Origin: Candidatus Methanoperedens nitratireducens
GTDB taxonomy: Archaea; Halobacteriota; Methanosarcinia; Methanosarcinales; Methanoperedenaceae
Direction: 5' to 3'
Assembly: GCA_020724545.1 (NCBI GenBank)
Contig: DYGR01000001.1
Coordinates: 34,033 to 58,032, forward strand
Length of the DNA: 24,000 bases
Under the pieces are notes generated by a model that was not told the origin of the DNA, made no database searches, and saw nothing but the letters and a program-made list of their open reading frames with translations. Shown one piece after another: positions 1 to 9,485 of this stretch (positions are counted from its first letter, which is position 1; every line of letters begins with the position of its first letter). A program made the position numbers and the translations under genes.

Positions 1-1978
1 TACATCTCCCGAAGACGCAGTTTCTATCCGATCTTTAACCGCCATGCGCGATGGTTTTCCTCAGAATTCAGCAGGTGAACAATTAAATTTACAATATCAC
101 AAACTTGATGACATCAAAGGTATCCTCACGGGAATTATCAATAGGTCTGTTGCAGACATCATAGAAGAATCCGGTCTAATAATGCTAATGGCATATGAAA
201 ATGGCTGTATCTATCTTGGGCGCGGTCAAAATCGAGAAACAATCTCTGATACAAAGATTGAAAAAATATATGATAAACTTGTAAACAATATCCAGTACTC
301 CACTCCCGCATTTTCAAGCATAGAATCTCTATCTAAAAATTTAAAAACTCCACGCCTTGGATATTATGGATTAAGTGATGAGTATTTCTTTTTTTCAGGT
401 GCAAAAACAATGCTTCGAACATTTATCGATAAATCGATAACTTCAGGATACGCAGATAAAAACAAAAATCTAACAGATTCTATAATAGATGGTATAAATA
501 AAGTAAGTAAATTAGTGCCAATTCAGATCGAACAATCAAAGGAAGGACAAAATATTCTGGTTGGGTTTGCAAGAGCTATTGCAACTGTACACCAATCTTT
601 TGTTGCTGAGATGATAACAGACAATAAGCAGGCTCTCATAAAAACCTGTGATTTGTGGAAAGTTCCTGAGGAAGTAAAAATAGCACTTGTTCAAGAGATG
701 ATTACAAACCCGACAAACCTAGCAAGTGGGGGTAAATGGGATTATTCATATGCTATCGGACAATCAGTAATGGATAAAGAATTAGGTGAAGTGAAACTCA
801 GAAATACGGATGTTACAAAAGCTATCAATTATCTGGTGGATTCTTTATGGACAGGATTAACTGCTATGGAGCAATGGGATGGATTCATATCAAAGAAAAT
901 AGATACATATAGAAAGGAATTCATTGAGTATCTTAACGATACACTATCAATAAACGGAAACATCTTACATCTTGAAGAATCATCCCTGAGCGATACGTTT
1001 CATGAATATGAAACAAGTGGGAAGATATGTAATCTTTGCAACAGGGGAACAGTGCTGAACAAGAAACAGATGGAAAATACAAACTCATTTTTAAGCTTTA
1101 ATTTCACAAACCGTGTTTTTGTAGGCAAATCAAAACCGACCAACATATACACATGCATACCATGCGGTGTGGAACTGGCTTTACGCATGAACGGATTCAA
1201 TCCTCCCAGAGGTAAAGCCTTGAATGATGAAATGCTATATTTTCATCTGATCCCCGATTACTTTTTTACACCTGAATCGTGGGAGATGGTTAAGACAATC
1301 TTGTTTAAATTTTCTGATGAAGCGCGGATAAGGATGGCCGCTCTTGCAAAAAAAATCTTCAATTCACAATATATCGGAAAATCTTTGGATTCTGAAGGTG
1401 ACCTTGACATTTATGAATCGTGGATTAAAGATATTGCCGCCATAAAAGATGAAAATAGAAAATCGAGTGGTGTTGATATGGCACAGTATATGGCACAGGG
1501 CTATGATAATATGATAGGTAATGCTAGTATTGTATTCTACAAACCGTCAGAGAATACAACAGAATTTCATTTCTTTGGCACATACATTGCAATTGTAATT
1601 GCTGCATATACAGGCATGAGGGTTGTAGTAAGTCCATCACCAATACCAGCCATACGTGGCAGCGACTTCAATGAAATGATAGCCTTGGACTCTGTTAACT
1701 CGCATGTAGTAGACTTTTATGGAAAATTCATTCCTCTTTCGCGCCTGGAGACCACATTGAAGACAGCCAGCGCCTTAATTCGTCTGGGATACAATACAAG
1801 TTCTAATCTAAAAGATTCACTTTTTCCTAAATACTTAAGAGTGGTCAGAAACGAGACTTTACCAGGTTCATATCTTTTAAAAATGGTATATCGTGGTTCG
1901 GATGAAGGATACAGAGATAGTAATGTAAACAATTTACTTGATGAAGCTTTGTTTTTTGATAATGTTATGCAGAGGTGA
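1..1978 (+). CDS. CRISPR type I effector large subunit (Cas10d/Cas8-like); 5' end probably lies upstream of the window
   Basis: The 644-aa ORF is listed from ATG 44, but the same frame has no stop back to nt 2 and no RBS precedes 44, so it is probably 5'-truncated by the window. It is first in a cas7-cas5-cas3-cas4-cas1-cas2 operon. It carries a CxxC...CxxC zinc-finger-like pair (CNLCN ... CIPCG). Its stop overlaps the next gene. Confidence 0.6.
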   Translation, partial: TSPEDAVSIRSLTAMRDGFPQNSAGEQLNLQYHKLDDIKGILTGIINRSVADIIEESGLIMLMAYENGCIYLGRGQNRETISDTKIEKIYDKLVNNIQYSTPAFSSIESLSKNLKTPRLGYYGLSDEYFFFSGAKTMLRTFIDKSITSGYADKNKNLTDSIIDGINKVSKLVPIQIEQSKEGQNILVGFARAIATVHQSFVAEMITDNKQALIKTCDLWKVPEEVKIALVQEMITNPTNLASGGKWDYSYAIGQSVMDKELGEVKLRNTDVTKAINYLVDSLWTGLTAMEQWDGFISKKIDTYRKEFIEYLNDTLSINGNILHLEESSLSDTFHEYETSGKICNLCNRGTVLNKKQMENTNSFLSFNFTNRVFVGKSKPTNIYTCIPCGVELALRMNGFNPPRGKALNDEMLYFHLIPDYFFTPESWEMVKTILFKFSDEARIRMAALAKKIFNSQYIGKSLDSEGDLDIYESWIKDIAAIKDENRKSSGVDMAQYMAQGYDNMIGNASIVFYKPSENTTEFHFFGTYIAIVIAAYTGMRVVVSPSPIPAIRGSDFNEMIALDSVNSHVVDFYGKFIPLSRLETTLKTASALIRLGYNTSSNLKDSLFPKYLRVVRNETLPGSYLLKMVYRGSDEGYRDSNVNNLLDEALFFDNVMQR

Positions 1979-1986
1979 AAAATAAA

Positions 1987-2415
1987 ATGAAAGAAGCAGA
2001 TAAAATAAATCATCTGGCAGAACTGGGTTTTAAAATAGCTCAACCAAACGGCTATAAACCGCATGCTGTAGAACGATTATTTCGTGAATCAGTAAAAGCG
2101 ATCACAGATCTTCACGGTATAGATTTGTCAGATAATGACTATAAAGCCACGATATCGGGGCGAATCCAGAAAACAATAGAACGAATGGGTGATGACCAAG
2201 CTTTCATTCCAGATAGAAAAGGTCTGGATATCAAAGCTGATGAGTTTGCAGAGTATTTTGTAAACAATATTTTAAAAGATATTTGCAACGGTAAACCAGG
2301 CAGACTTAAAAAAATGTCAAATAACCTTGCAGATGGCTATTATGCATCCACTCTACGATTGAAACGCCAATATTGGAATGAAAAAAATCAAAACAAAAAG
2401 GAGGAAAATAAATGA
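1987..2415 (+). CDS. cas11: Putative stand-alone small subunit (Cas11-like), about 142 aa
   Basis: Small, apparently helical, Lys/Glu-rich ORF between the large subunit and cas7. A GAGGTG RBS at 1972-1977 sits 9 nt before ATG 1987; the alternative GTG 1975 overlaps the upstream stop. Its stop overlaps the cas7 start (ATGA at 2412-2415). The call rests on position and size only. Confidence 0.45.
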   Translation: MKEADKINHLAELGFKIAQPNGYKPHAVERLFRESVKAITDLHGIDLSDNDYKATISGRIQKTIERMGDDQAFIPDRKGLDIKADEFAEYFVNNILKDICNGKPGRLKKMSNNLADGYYASTLRLKRQYWNEKNQNKKEENK

Positions 2416-3416
2416 GTCTTGATGAAATAAAAAAGAAATTATCAATAGGTCTTGTTGAAAAGCATATAAACGAACCAAGTGCACATTATGTCCACATCCT
2501 GCTTTTACGAGAATTGCAGTCAAGCGCAATTTTTACTACAAACGGTCAAGATGCAGATATCACTACTGTTGGGATAAATGCAGATGATGGTATCGTAGAA
2601 TATTCACCTGTCATGATGTTCAAAAGAAAACAGACAGGGAGTGACAGACGTAAAGGAAAAGAGCTACAAAGGAATTTTGTCGCCATCAAGGACACTATGA
2701 GCGTAAATGAAATGGCTCCTGATTCACCCGAATCGGTGCTCTATGGCAGCGCAGCCGGTGAAAATGCTATATCAGTTACATCTAGAGTTATGTATGATAC
2801 AGCCTATTCTATCAGGGATTCAAGTGTAATTGTTGAGGAGAAATTCCAGAACGCTCCAGGGGATGAATATGCAAAAGGTGCAACTACAGCCATTAGAGAA
2901 CCTGATTTCATTATGCCTAGAACTTTATTCCCCTGTGTTATAACATTAAGAGATGCCACATTCGATGAACTAATATTTGTTCTTGGAATAACAAAAATGA
3001 ATAAACGCTACGGCGCTGTCACATCCAGAATAGGGAGAATGGAAAATCACATACTGGGGATATACTCTGGTACTGAGGAAGGCACTGCAAATTTAATACT
3101 TTCTCAGGAAGTTGCGCGGCGCATAGCAAAGGAAAATGAAAAATTAACGGCTGAAAATATATCGAAGGTTCTATATAGTACTGTGCTGGATATCGAAAAA
3201 GTAAAAAAATATGTCCGGCAGGCATATGATGAGGATATTACAAAACTGAATATTAAAGCCCTTGATAATGCCGACACGAAAGAACTATTAGATCTGGTAA
3301 ACGCTGAAACAATCACACAATCATTACAGAAACTGCAAAAAGCTTCAGTAGAGTTTATAAAAGAAGTCAATCAATCGAACAAATCAAGCAAGAAAAATGA
3401 GAAAAAAGGGGATTGA
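2412..3416 (+). CDS. cas7: Cas7 backbone subunit (Csc2-like rather than DevR/Csh2-like)
   Basis: 334 aa, in the position between the small subunit and cas5, with an AAGGAGGA RBS at 2398-2405. I did not see the glycine-rich loop I associate with I-A/I-B/I-C Cas7. It has a long helical, Lys-rich C-terminal tail. The family call is by context. Confidence 0.6.
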   Translation: MSLDEIKKKLSIGLVEKHINEPSAHYVHILLLRELQSSAIFTTNGQDADITTVGINADDGIVEYSPVMMFKRKQTGSDRRKGKELQRNFVAIKDTMSVNEMAPDSPESVLYGSAAGENAISVTSRVMYDTAYSIRDSSVIVEEKFQNAPGDEYAKGATTAIREPDFIMPRTLFPCVITLRDATFDELIFVLGITKMNKRYGAVTSRIGRMENHILGIYSGTEEGTANLILSQEVARRIAKENEKLTAENISKVLYSTVLDIEKVKKYVRQAYDEDITKLNIKALDNADTKELLDLVNAETITQSLQKLQKASVEFIKEVNQSNKSSKKNEKKGD

Positions 3417-4217
3417 TTGATGAGTGATAGTTTTCCGGTAGTTAAATGCTCGATTGAAACTCTTGATCGCACGCTTTATGCCTCAAGAGAAGTCGGAGAC
3501 CTTGTAGATTCAGGTGATTATATACTTAATACCGCATTGTACTACGGCCTTGGTTTTGTTTCAGGACAGTATATCAATATTGGTAATACTCCGAACTATA
3601 TAAAAGATACTTCGGATATATTTAAAAAAATATACATAACACCTGCTTCTATGGAATCAACAGATGTTTATCTTAAAACTGTTTATGGTGAGGATAGGAA
3701 GCTATCGGAGAACTCAAAATTTTTACCAAAGCTTGGCGGTCATTCAACCAGTCAGTGGAATGCACGGCCACATCTATATGCAGTGAAAAACTGGAAAGCG
3801 ACTGATAAGGATTATCCCTATAAAGGTCTGAATTTACCTAAATTCGGCAGGGAACGAGTTATCGATCAGCAAAATCTCTTCACATCTTTCATATTTCCAT
3901 ATGAATTAGATGCTGAGCAAATAGTTTCTAAAATTCCAAGATATGTACGATTGGGCAAAAAGAAGTCTAAAGTAAGAGTTAAAACAGAGATTGTTGAGGC
4001 ATTTACAGAAGAAGGAGAGTTTATTGCCAATCATCCGTTTGGGATATACGACTATGAAGGATTACCAATTGGAGATCTCATTTCTGTTCGCATGCGTCCC
4101 ATGCCGCTGATAATACAGGGACGATACAAAGGAAAATTCATAAAGATACTGCAAGGAAAAACCAAAAAGGATGTAGTCTTACCTTATAAACTCGAACTGT
4201 TAAAGGTAAAACGATGA
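3417..4217 (+). CDS. cas5: Cas5 subunit (Csc1-like)
   Basis: 266 aa, starting right after the cas7 stop (TTG 3417, or more likely ATG 3420). The stop overlaps the cas3 start (ATGA). The N-terminus (..LYASREVGD...ILNTALYYGLGF..) resembles what I recall of Csc1-type Cas5. Confidence 0.55.
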   Translation: MMSDSFPVVKCSIETLDRTLYASREVGDLVDSGDYILNTALYYGLGFVSGQYINIGNTPNYIKDTSDIFKKIYITPASMESTDVYLKTVYGEDRKLSENSKFLPKLGGHSTSQWNARPHLYAVKNWKATDKDYPYKGLNLPKFGRERVIDQQNLFTSFIFPYELDAEQIVSKIPRYVRLGKKKSKVRVKTEIVEAFTEEGEFIANHPFGIYDYEGLPIGDLISVRMRPMPLIIQGRYKGKFIKILQGKTKKDVVLPYKLELLKVKR

Positions 4218-6316
4218 TGTCAGGAAATAATAATGATGACCTGCGTATCTTTTTAGAAGGTTTGCGCCTTCCACAGTTTGATTATGAATATTTTCCAGGA
4301 TTTCAGGCTTATGAGCACCAGTATAAAAGTGAACAGCTAATAAAAAAAGAAAAATCGCTTTTTTTATTTAATCACAGTCCCACTGGTTCAGGAAAAACAA
4401 TTTCATGGCTTAAACCAGCGCTGGACGAGAGAATGAAGGTCATTGCAATTTATCCTACAAATGCGCTTGTCATTGACCAAAAAATGCAGGTTGATACTGT
4501 CATTAAAAAGTTTGGATATAATCCTGATAAATATCATATTCAGGCAGTGACAGGAGATTTACTTGATAAAGAACGTGAATTGTATCCGGATGAAAAAGGT
4601 CTTACAAAAGGTCAGCTTTTTAACCGCATTATCCGAAAATCGCGAGGAAAAGGACTTATTTTACTTACCAACCCTGACATTCTCACGCTAGCGCTTAAAA
4701 ATGCATATTATGAGCATAATATCAGAGAAGCAGTCAGGAGCGTGGATATGATCGTGATAGACGAGTTTCATTTAGCATCTATCAAGCAATGTGATATGCT
4801 TCTTTACATGATGCATGAAATCAATGATGATCCACGCAGCCGCCTTTCAAAATTTGTTTTTTTGAGCGCCACACCTCAAAATAAAATCGTTGATAGGTCT
4901 AAAAAAGTGGGTTTAAATGTTGTTATGCTTGATGATAAAAGCACTCCATTATCGTTATCAGAAGGCAAAGCCATATTGCCAAAATTAAACCTGTTATTCA
5001 AAAAAGGTTCTATTTTCAATACATATGAAATAATCAAAGATAATATCGAATATTTTATAAATTTTTGCAGTAAACCGTTGCCAGATGGAAAAAAAGCAAA
5101 AACAGTCTTCATTCTTGATGGAATCACTGAAGTTGATGAGATATACAATATTCTAAAAGGATCAAGCGATTTAAGAATCGAACGCATAGATGGTCTCCAT
5201 CAGGCTACCCCTGAAAAACTTAACTCATTCGACGTTTTAGTTTCAAATTCTTCTATAGAAGTAGGAATTGATTTCAATGTTGATAGACTGGTTTTTACAG
5301 GATATTCAGAAAGCAGTTTTATACAGCGTATGGGACGATTGAGAAACAAACTGCCTAATGAAATTTATGACGCTATCTGCTTTGTTCCTGAAGTAGTTAT
5401 CGATCATCTTAAAAGCATGAATAGGAGAACTATAACACGCCATGAACTCAAAACAAAATTAGAAGCTATACTTACCACAGAGCTTGATTTATCATCCTAT
5501 TCTAAGATTTATTCACCACTGGAAGCTTTTCTGTATTTAAGTCGGAGAATAGACGGGAAGATTTGGAAAAGTAAAGATGGCATAGAGCACCATGAGAAAG
5601 GTATGCCTGAAGCGATTCAAGGTCAAGAATATATTAGAACTTTAAATCTTATTGAAAAACATTTTCTAGATGAAGAAATCGATGGAAGGAAATTGGATTA
5701 TTTTAAAACCGAAGCATATAGATTAAAAGAAGGACTTCTCAATTATCGTGGAAAACATTTGCAAGTATTGATGTTTGATACATCTGATTCTCAATTGAAG
5801 CTTTATGATTTGATGTACCTGCTCAGGCGTGGCAATGTTGAGTTCATGTCCCCTCAAAAGTTCACAAATCGGCTGAGGAGTGAATTTGGAATTAAGTATG
5901 ATAATGAAATTAAACAAATATATGATTCCAAGAAACCCTTTGCTGCTGGTTTTTGCTGGTATTCAGGCATCTTAGAAGAAGCGCGTAAGATATTGTTCAA
6001 AGGCGATTCTAATGAACATTATATACGAATAATGTTCAACTCCAGTGATAATGCGCGTAAACCCCAAATGGTGAGGGGTTTCAAGGTCAAAACTGAACCA
6101 AACATTTCTACATTATCTGTTTTGAATGATACTTTAACAGAATTTGAAATCTTTTCACGATTGATAGAAATGGATAGTTTTGCATTAAAAGCCAAGTTCA
6201 AGTTAAGTGATTTTTTCTATCTATATCCTTATTCTGGAATGCGGAGTGTGGCTTTCGGGCATGAGGCACTGTATATAGATTGTCTGATAAAGGAAGAATA
6301 TGCGCGAAGAAAATGA
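4214..6316 (+). CDS. cas3: Cas3' SF2 helicase without a recognisable HD nuclease domain
   Basis: Helicase motifs are visible: I (SPTGSGKT, ~residue 55), II (VIDEFH), III (LSATPQ) and VI (QRMGRLRN). Motif I lies only ~55 residues from the N-terminus, and no H..HD..D pattern appears at either end. Confidence 0.85.
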   Translation: MMSGNNNDDLRIFLEGLRLPQFDYEYFPGFQAYEHQYKSEQLIKKEKSLFLFNHSPTGSGKTISWLKPALDERMKVIAIYPTNALVIDQKMQVDTVIKKFGYNPDKYHIQAVTGDLLDKERELYPDEKGLTKGQLFNRIIRKSRGKGLILLTNPDILTLALKNAYYEHNIREAVRSVDMIVIDEFHLASIKQCDMLLYMMHEINDDPRSRLSKFVFLSATPQNKIVDRSKKVGLNVVMLDDKSTPLSLSEGKAILPKLNLLFKKGSIFNTYEIIKDNIEYFINFCSKPLPDGKKAKTVFILDGITEVDEIYNILKGSSDLRIERIDGLHQATPEKLNSFDVLVSNSSIEVGIDFNVDRLVFTGYSESSFIQRMGRLRNKLPNEIYDAICFVPEVVIDHLKSMNRRTITRHELKTKLEAILTTELDLSSYSKIYSPLEAFLYLSRRIDGKIWKSKDGIEHHEKGMPEAIQGQEYIRTLNLIEKHFLDEEIDGRKLDYFKTEAYRLKEGLLNYRGKHLQVLMFDTSDSQLKLYDLMYLLRRGNVEFMSPQKFTNRLRSEFGIKYDNEIKQIYDSKKPFAAGFCWYSGILEEARKILFKGDSNEHYIRIMFNSSDNARKPQMVRGFKVKTEPNISTLSVLNDTLTEFEIFSRLIEMDSFALKAKFKLSDFFYLYPYSGMRSVAFGHEALYIDCLIKEEYARRK

Positions 6317-6872
6317 TTTTGTCAATGTTGGGGACATTAACCAGTATTTATACTGTCCAAGAAGATTTTATTATATATGTTATTATAACACAATCGAAAT
6401 GAATTTTTATTTAAAAGATGGTCAGCTTAAACACGAAAATCAATCAAGAAGAGGGAACTGGATAAGGGAATTATACCTTAAGTCAAAAAAGCTCAAGCTC
6501 CATGGCAAGATAGATGTTCTTGAGTCAAAAAATATTAAATCTGGTTTTATAATAACTCCTATCGAACGCAAACGCGGCACGTCTTACTATAATAACGATG
6601 AAATCCAGCTTGCCGCCTACTGCATGCTCCTTGAAGATTATCTTGATGAGCCTGTAAAACTTGGCTATATCTATCTTTTCGGCACAAACGAGCGCTATGC
6701 CATCACAATAACCGACTGGCACCGGGAAAAGGTCATCGAAACCGTGGAAAACATAAGAACAATGCACCTTGAATCCATACCAGGTTTCGCAGATAATCCC
6801 AATAAGTGTAAAAAATGCAGTACATCCCAGTACTGCCTGCCTCTTGAAACAAAGATACTGGAGGGTGGTTAA
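6300..6872 (+). CDS. cas4: Cas4 RecB-like nuclease with a 4-Cys cluster
   Basis: Visible motifs: YLYCPRRFYY (N-terminal Cys), GKIDVL, IERKRG, QLAAYC, and the C-terminal CKKCSTSQYC. Confidence 0.9.
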   Translation: MREENDFVNVGDINQYLYCPRRFYYICYYNTIEMNFYLKDGQLKHENQSRRGNWIRELYLKSKKLKLHGKIDVLESKNIKSGFIITPIERKRGTSYYNNDEIQLAAYCMLLEDYLDEPVKLGYIYLFGTNERYAITITDWHREKVIETVENIRTMHLESIPGFADNPNKCKKCSTSQYCLPLETKILEGG

Positions 6873-6876
6873 TAAA

Positions 6877-7875
6877 ATGAAAGAGAGTGAAGGAATATTC
6901 TACGACAGCGTGGTATTTGTCACCACGCAGGGAAGCGTAATAGGCATTGACGGCGGACGGATCAGGGTAACAAAAAAGGGCGAGGGCGAACTTGCATCGT
7001 TCCCTGTGGGCAAAGTTGATACAATCAACGTCTTCGGAGGTGTGAACTTCACCACCCCTTTTGTGGCAAGTGCAAATGAGCACGGCATAGTGCTCAACTA
7101 TTTCACAGAGAATGGAGCGTACCGCGGCAGTTTTGTACCGGAAAAGAACACAATAGCAGAGATCAGGAGGCGCCAGTATGCACAGAGCAATGCGGAAAAG
7201 CTTGCAATCGCCAGAAAGATCGTTCGGGCTAAAATCCACAATTCAAGAATACTTCTTCAAAGGAAAGGTGTGAAATCCACGGATAAGCTGCTGGATATTG
7301 AGGTTCGCGTGCTCGAAGACAGGAGTATCAGGACTATTGACGGGCTCATGGGTTTTGAGGGGCAGGCTTCCGATATCTATTTCGGCCTGCTTGATGAATG
7401 CCTTGTGGACGGGTGGACGTTTGAGAGGCGAACCAGGCGCCCGCCCGAAGACCATATCAACGCGCTTCTGTCCCTCACGTACACTATGATAAAGAACGAA
7501 GTCTTAAGCGCTCTCCGGCAGTATAACCTTGACCCGTTCCTGGGGATTATGCATGCCGACAGGCACGGGCGGCCGGCGCTTGCGCTTGATCTGATGGAGG
7601 AGTTCAGGGCGATATTCTGCGATGCGTTTGTGCTACGCCTTGTGAACCGGGGTGAAATCACGCATGATGATTTTGGTCTGGATAACAGATTGAAAAAGGA
7701 TGCTTTTAAGAAATATCTTGAAAAGTTTGATGAGTACATGAAAGAAGAATTCAGCCATCCTAAGTTCGAATATACGGTCAATCGCAGAAAAGCCGTCCGG
7801 ATGCAGACTATTCTTTTGCGAAAAGCCATAACAGGCGAACTGAAAGAGTACCATCCTCTGGAGTATAATAAATGA
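6877..7875 (+). CDS. cas1: Cas1 integrase
   Basis: Motifs PPEDHINALLSLTY and GIMHADRHGRPALALDLMEEFR. The ORF track starts at 6769, inside cas4. ATG 6877 follows the cas4 stop and a GGAGGGTGG RBS at 6860-6868, so it is the likelier start. Confidence 0.95.
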   Translation: MKESEGIFYDSVVFVTTQGSVIGIDGGRIRVTKKGEGELASFPVGKVDTINVFGGVNFTTPFVASANEHGIVLNYFTENGAYRGSFVPEKNTIAEIRRRQYAQSNAEKLAIARKIVRAKIHNSRILLQRKGVKSTDKLLDIEVRVLEDRSIRTIDGLMGFEGQASDIYFGLLDECLVDGWTFERRTRRPPEDHINALLSLTYTMIKNEVLSALRQYNLDPFLGIMHADRHGRPALALDLMEEFRAIFCDAFVLRLVNRGEITHDDFGLDNRLKKDAFKKYLEKFDEYMKEEFSHPKFEYTVNRRKAVRMQTILLRKAITGELKEYHPLEYNK

Positions 7876-8138
7876 GATTTGTAATTACTTATGATATAAG
7901 TGATGACAGTATCCGCCGGCAGGTATTCAGGACACTTCAGGAGTTCGGTGCGTGGAAACAGTACAGTGTCTTTGAACTGGAGATCGACAGGATTGAGCGG
8001 ATTGAACTGGAAGATCGGCTCAAGAGTATAATAGACAGCAGTGATAAGATCAGGATGTATTCTTTGTGCGACAGGTGCGTAAACAATATAACAGAACTTG
8101 GCGAAAAGACGCCGGTAAAAAAATCCAATGTTGTATAG
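7872..8138 (+). CDS. cas2: Cas2
   Basis: 88 aa beginning MRFVITYDISDD.., with WKQYSVFE. ATGA overlap with the cas1 stop, directly upstream of the leader and array. Confidence 0.9.
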   Translation: MRFVITYDISDDSIRRQVFRTLQEFGAWKQYSVFELEIDRIERIELEDRLKSIIDSSDKIRMYSLCDRCVNNITELGEKTPVKKSNVV

Positions 8139-8271
8139 TGCTCTGATCTTTTCGTTCTCTCATTTCCTGAATGTATATAAATAGCTGGTATGCAGCAGGT
8201 TCTTGAAATGGGCTATATTTTTAAAGGATTTAGAAAGGATTATATTGAAAAATGAGCATTTATGCTATGCC
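8139..8271 (+). promoter_or_regulatory. CRISPR leader with TATA-like boxes
   Basis: AT-rich 133 nt between cas2 and repeat 1. TATA-like TATATAAATA at 8174-8183 and TATATTTTTA at 8214-8223. Repeats end in ATTGAAAC on the + strand, implying + strand transcription from this side. Confidence 0.6.
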
Positions 8272-9485
8272 GTTGCAATCGATTAGAAGACCCAAAAGGG
8301 ATTGAAACAAGAGCTCGCCCATCTCTCCTTCGATGATGAGCAGGTTGCAATCGATTAGAAGACCCAAAAGGGATTGAAACAGAAATGACCTCCGCCGATA
8401 CTGAAAGATACTGGAAAAGTTGCAATCGATTAGAAGACCCAAAAGGGATTGAAACTATTCTATTCTCAAGATCTTCCTTTTTTTCTATATTCAGTTGCAA
8501 TCGATTAGAAGACCCAAAAGGGATTGAAACATACAAGTTCACGGTGTTCAGCGCCCCGTTCTCTCGTTGCAATCGATTAGAAGACCCAAAAGGGATTGAA
8601 ACCGAGCAACACCCAGAGGCGCGGCTCATACCTACACAGTTGCAATCGATTAGAAGACCCAAAAGGGATTGAAACAAGAGCTCGCCCATCTCTCCTTCGA
8701 TGATGAGCAGCGGTTGCAATCGATTAGAAGACCCAAAAGGGATTGAAACGTGCTGTGCCTGTGCTTGCAGTATCTACAGAGCATTTAGTTGCAATCGATT
8801 AGAAGACCCAAAAGGGATTGAAACTTATATGGGACGTAGCTTTAGAAGTTGCTAAACCAGTTGCAATCGATTAGAAGACCCAAAAGGGATTGAAACATTT
8901 AACTTGACTGAAGACGAAAAATGCGGTAAATGTGGTTGCAATCGATTAGAAGACCCAAAAGGGATTGAAACTAATCTTCGCATCATAAAGGAGGAAATAT
9001 GCAGCTAAGTTGCAATCGATTAGAAGACCCAAAAGGGATTGAAACGTATAAGAGTTTCTCCAGACAATGTATTCCTGGAGTGGTTGCAATCGATTAGAAG
9101 ACCCAAAAGGGATTGAAACTTGGTCTGCACTTCTGAGCCGTCCAGATACCATGTAGTTGCAATCGATTAGAAGACCCAAAAGGGATTGAAACATATCACG
9201 GTTGACGCTGTTGAAAAAGCACTGGCAAAGTTGCAATCGATTAGAAGACCCAAAAGGGATTGAAACCATGCCCATGAACGTCCACATCGTGTGCCTCCAG
9301 AACGTGTTGCAATCGATTAGAAGACCCAAAAGGGATTGAAACATAAGGATTTAACCGAACAGTGTCTTAATATAGTTGCAATCGATTAGAAGACCCAAAA
9401 GGGATTGAAACTCTTTTCTTGGTCGTCCTCTTCTTGGTTCTTTCTTCAGTTGCAATCGATTAGAAGACCCAAAAGGGATTGAAAC
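8272..9485 (+). CRISPR. CRISPR array: 17 identical 37-nt repeats (GTTGCAATCGATTAGAAGACCCAAAAGGGATTGAAAC) and 16 spacers of 32-39 nt
   Basis: Repeat starts counted by hand: 8272, 8344, 8419, 8494, 8566, 8639, 8713, 8788, 8860, 8935, 9009, 9083, 9156, 9230, 9306, 9375, 9449. The repeat contains a CCC-AAAA-GGG mini-hairpin just before the ATTGAAAC 8-nt handle, and an AATCGATT palindrome. Confidence 0.98.

Noticed and set aside
6769-6876. Upstream extension of cas1 (ORF track start at 6769)
   Set aside because: It lies entirely inside the cas4 coding region in another frame. ATG 6877 follows the cas4 stop and an RBS, and it yields the normal Cas1 N-terminus.
8972-9008. Spacer 10 (..AAGGAGGAAATATGCAGC..) resembles the isrB start region (AGGAGG...AATATGCAGAC): possible self-targeting
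   Set aside because: The shared bases are only an RBS plus AATATGCAG (9 nt). That is generic gene-start similarity, not a protospacer match.
8240-9344. ORFs of 60-159 aa on both strands across the array (8240-8719 -, 8260-8442 -, 8385-8672 +, 8946-9344 -), with repeated peptides such as SIPFGSSNRLQ and CNRLEDPKGIET
   Set aside because: The repeated peptides are translations of the 37-nt CRISPR repeat in different frames, not genes.
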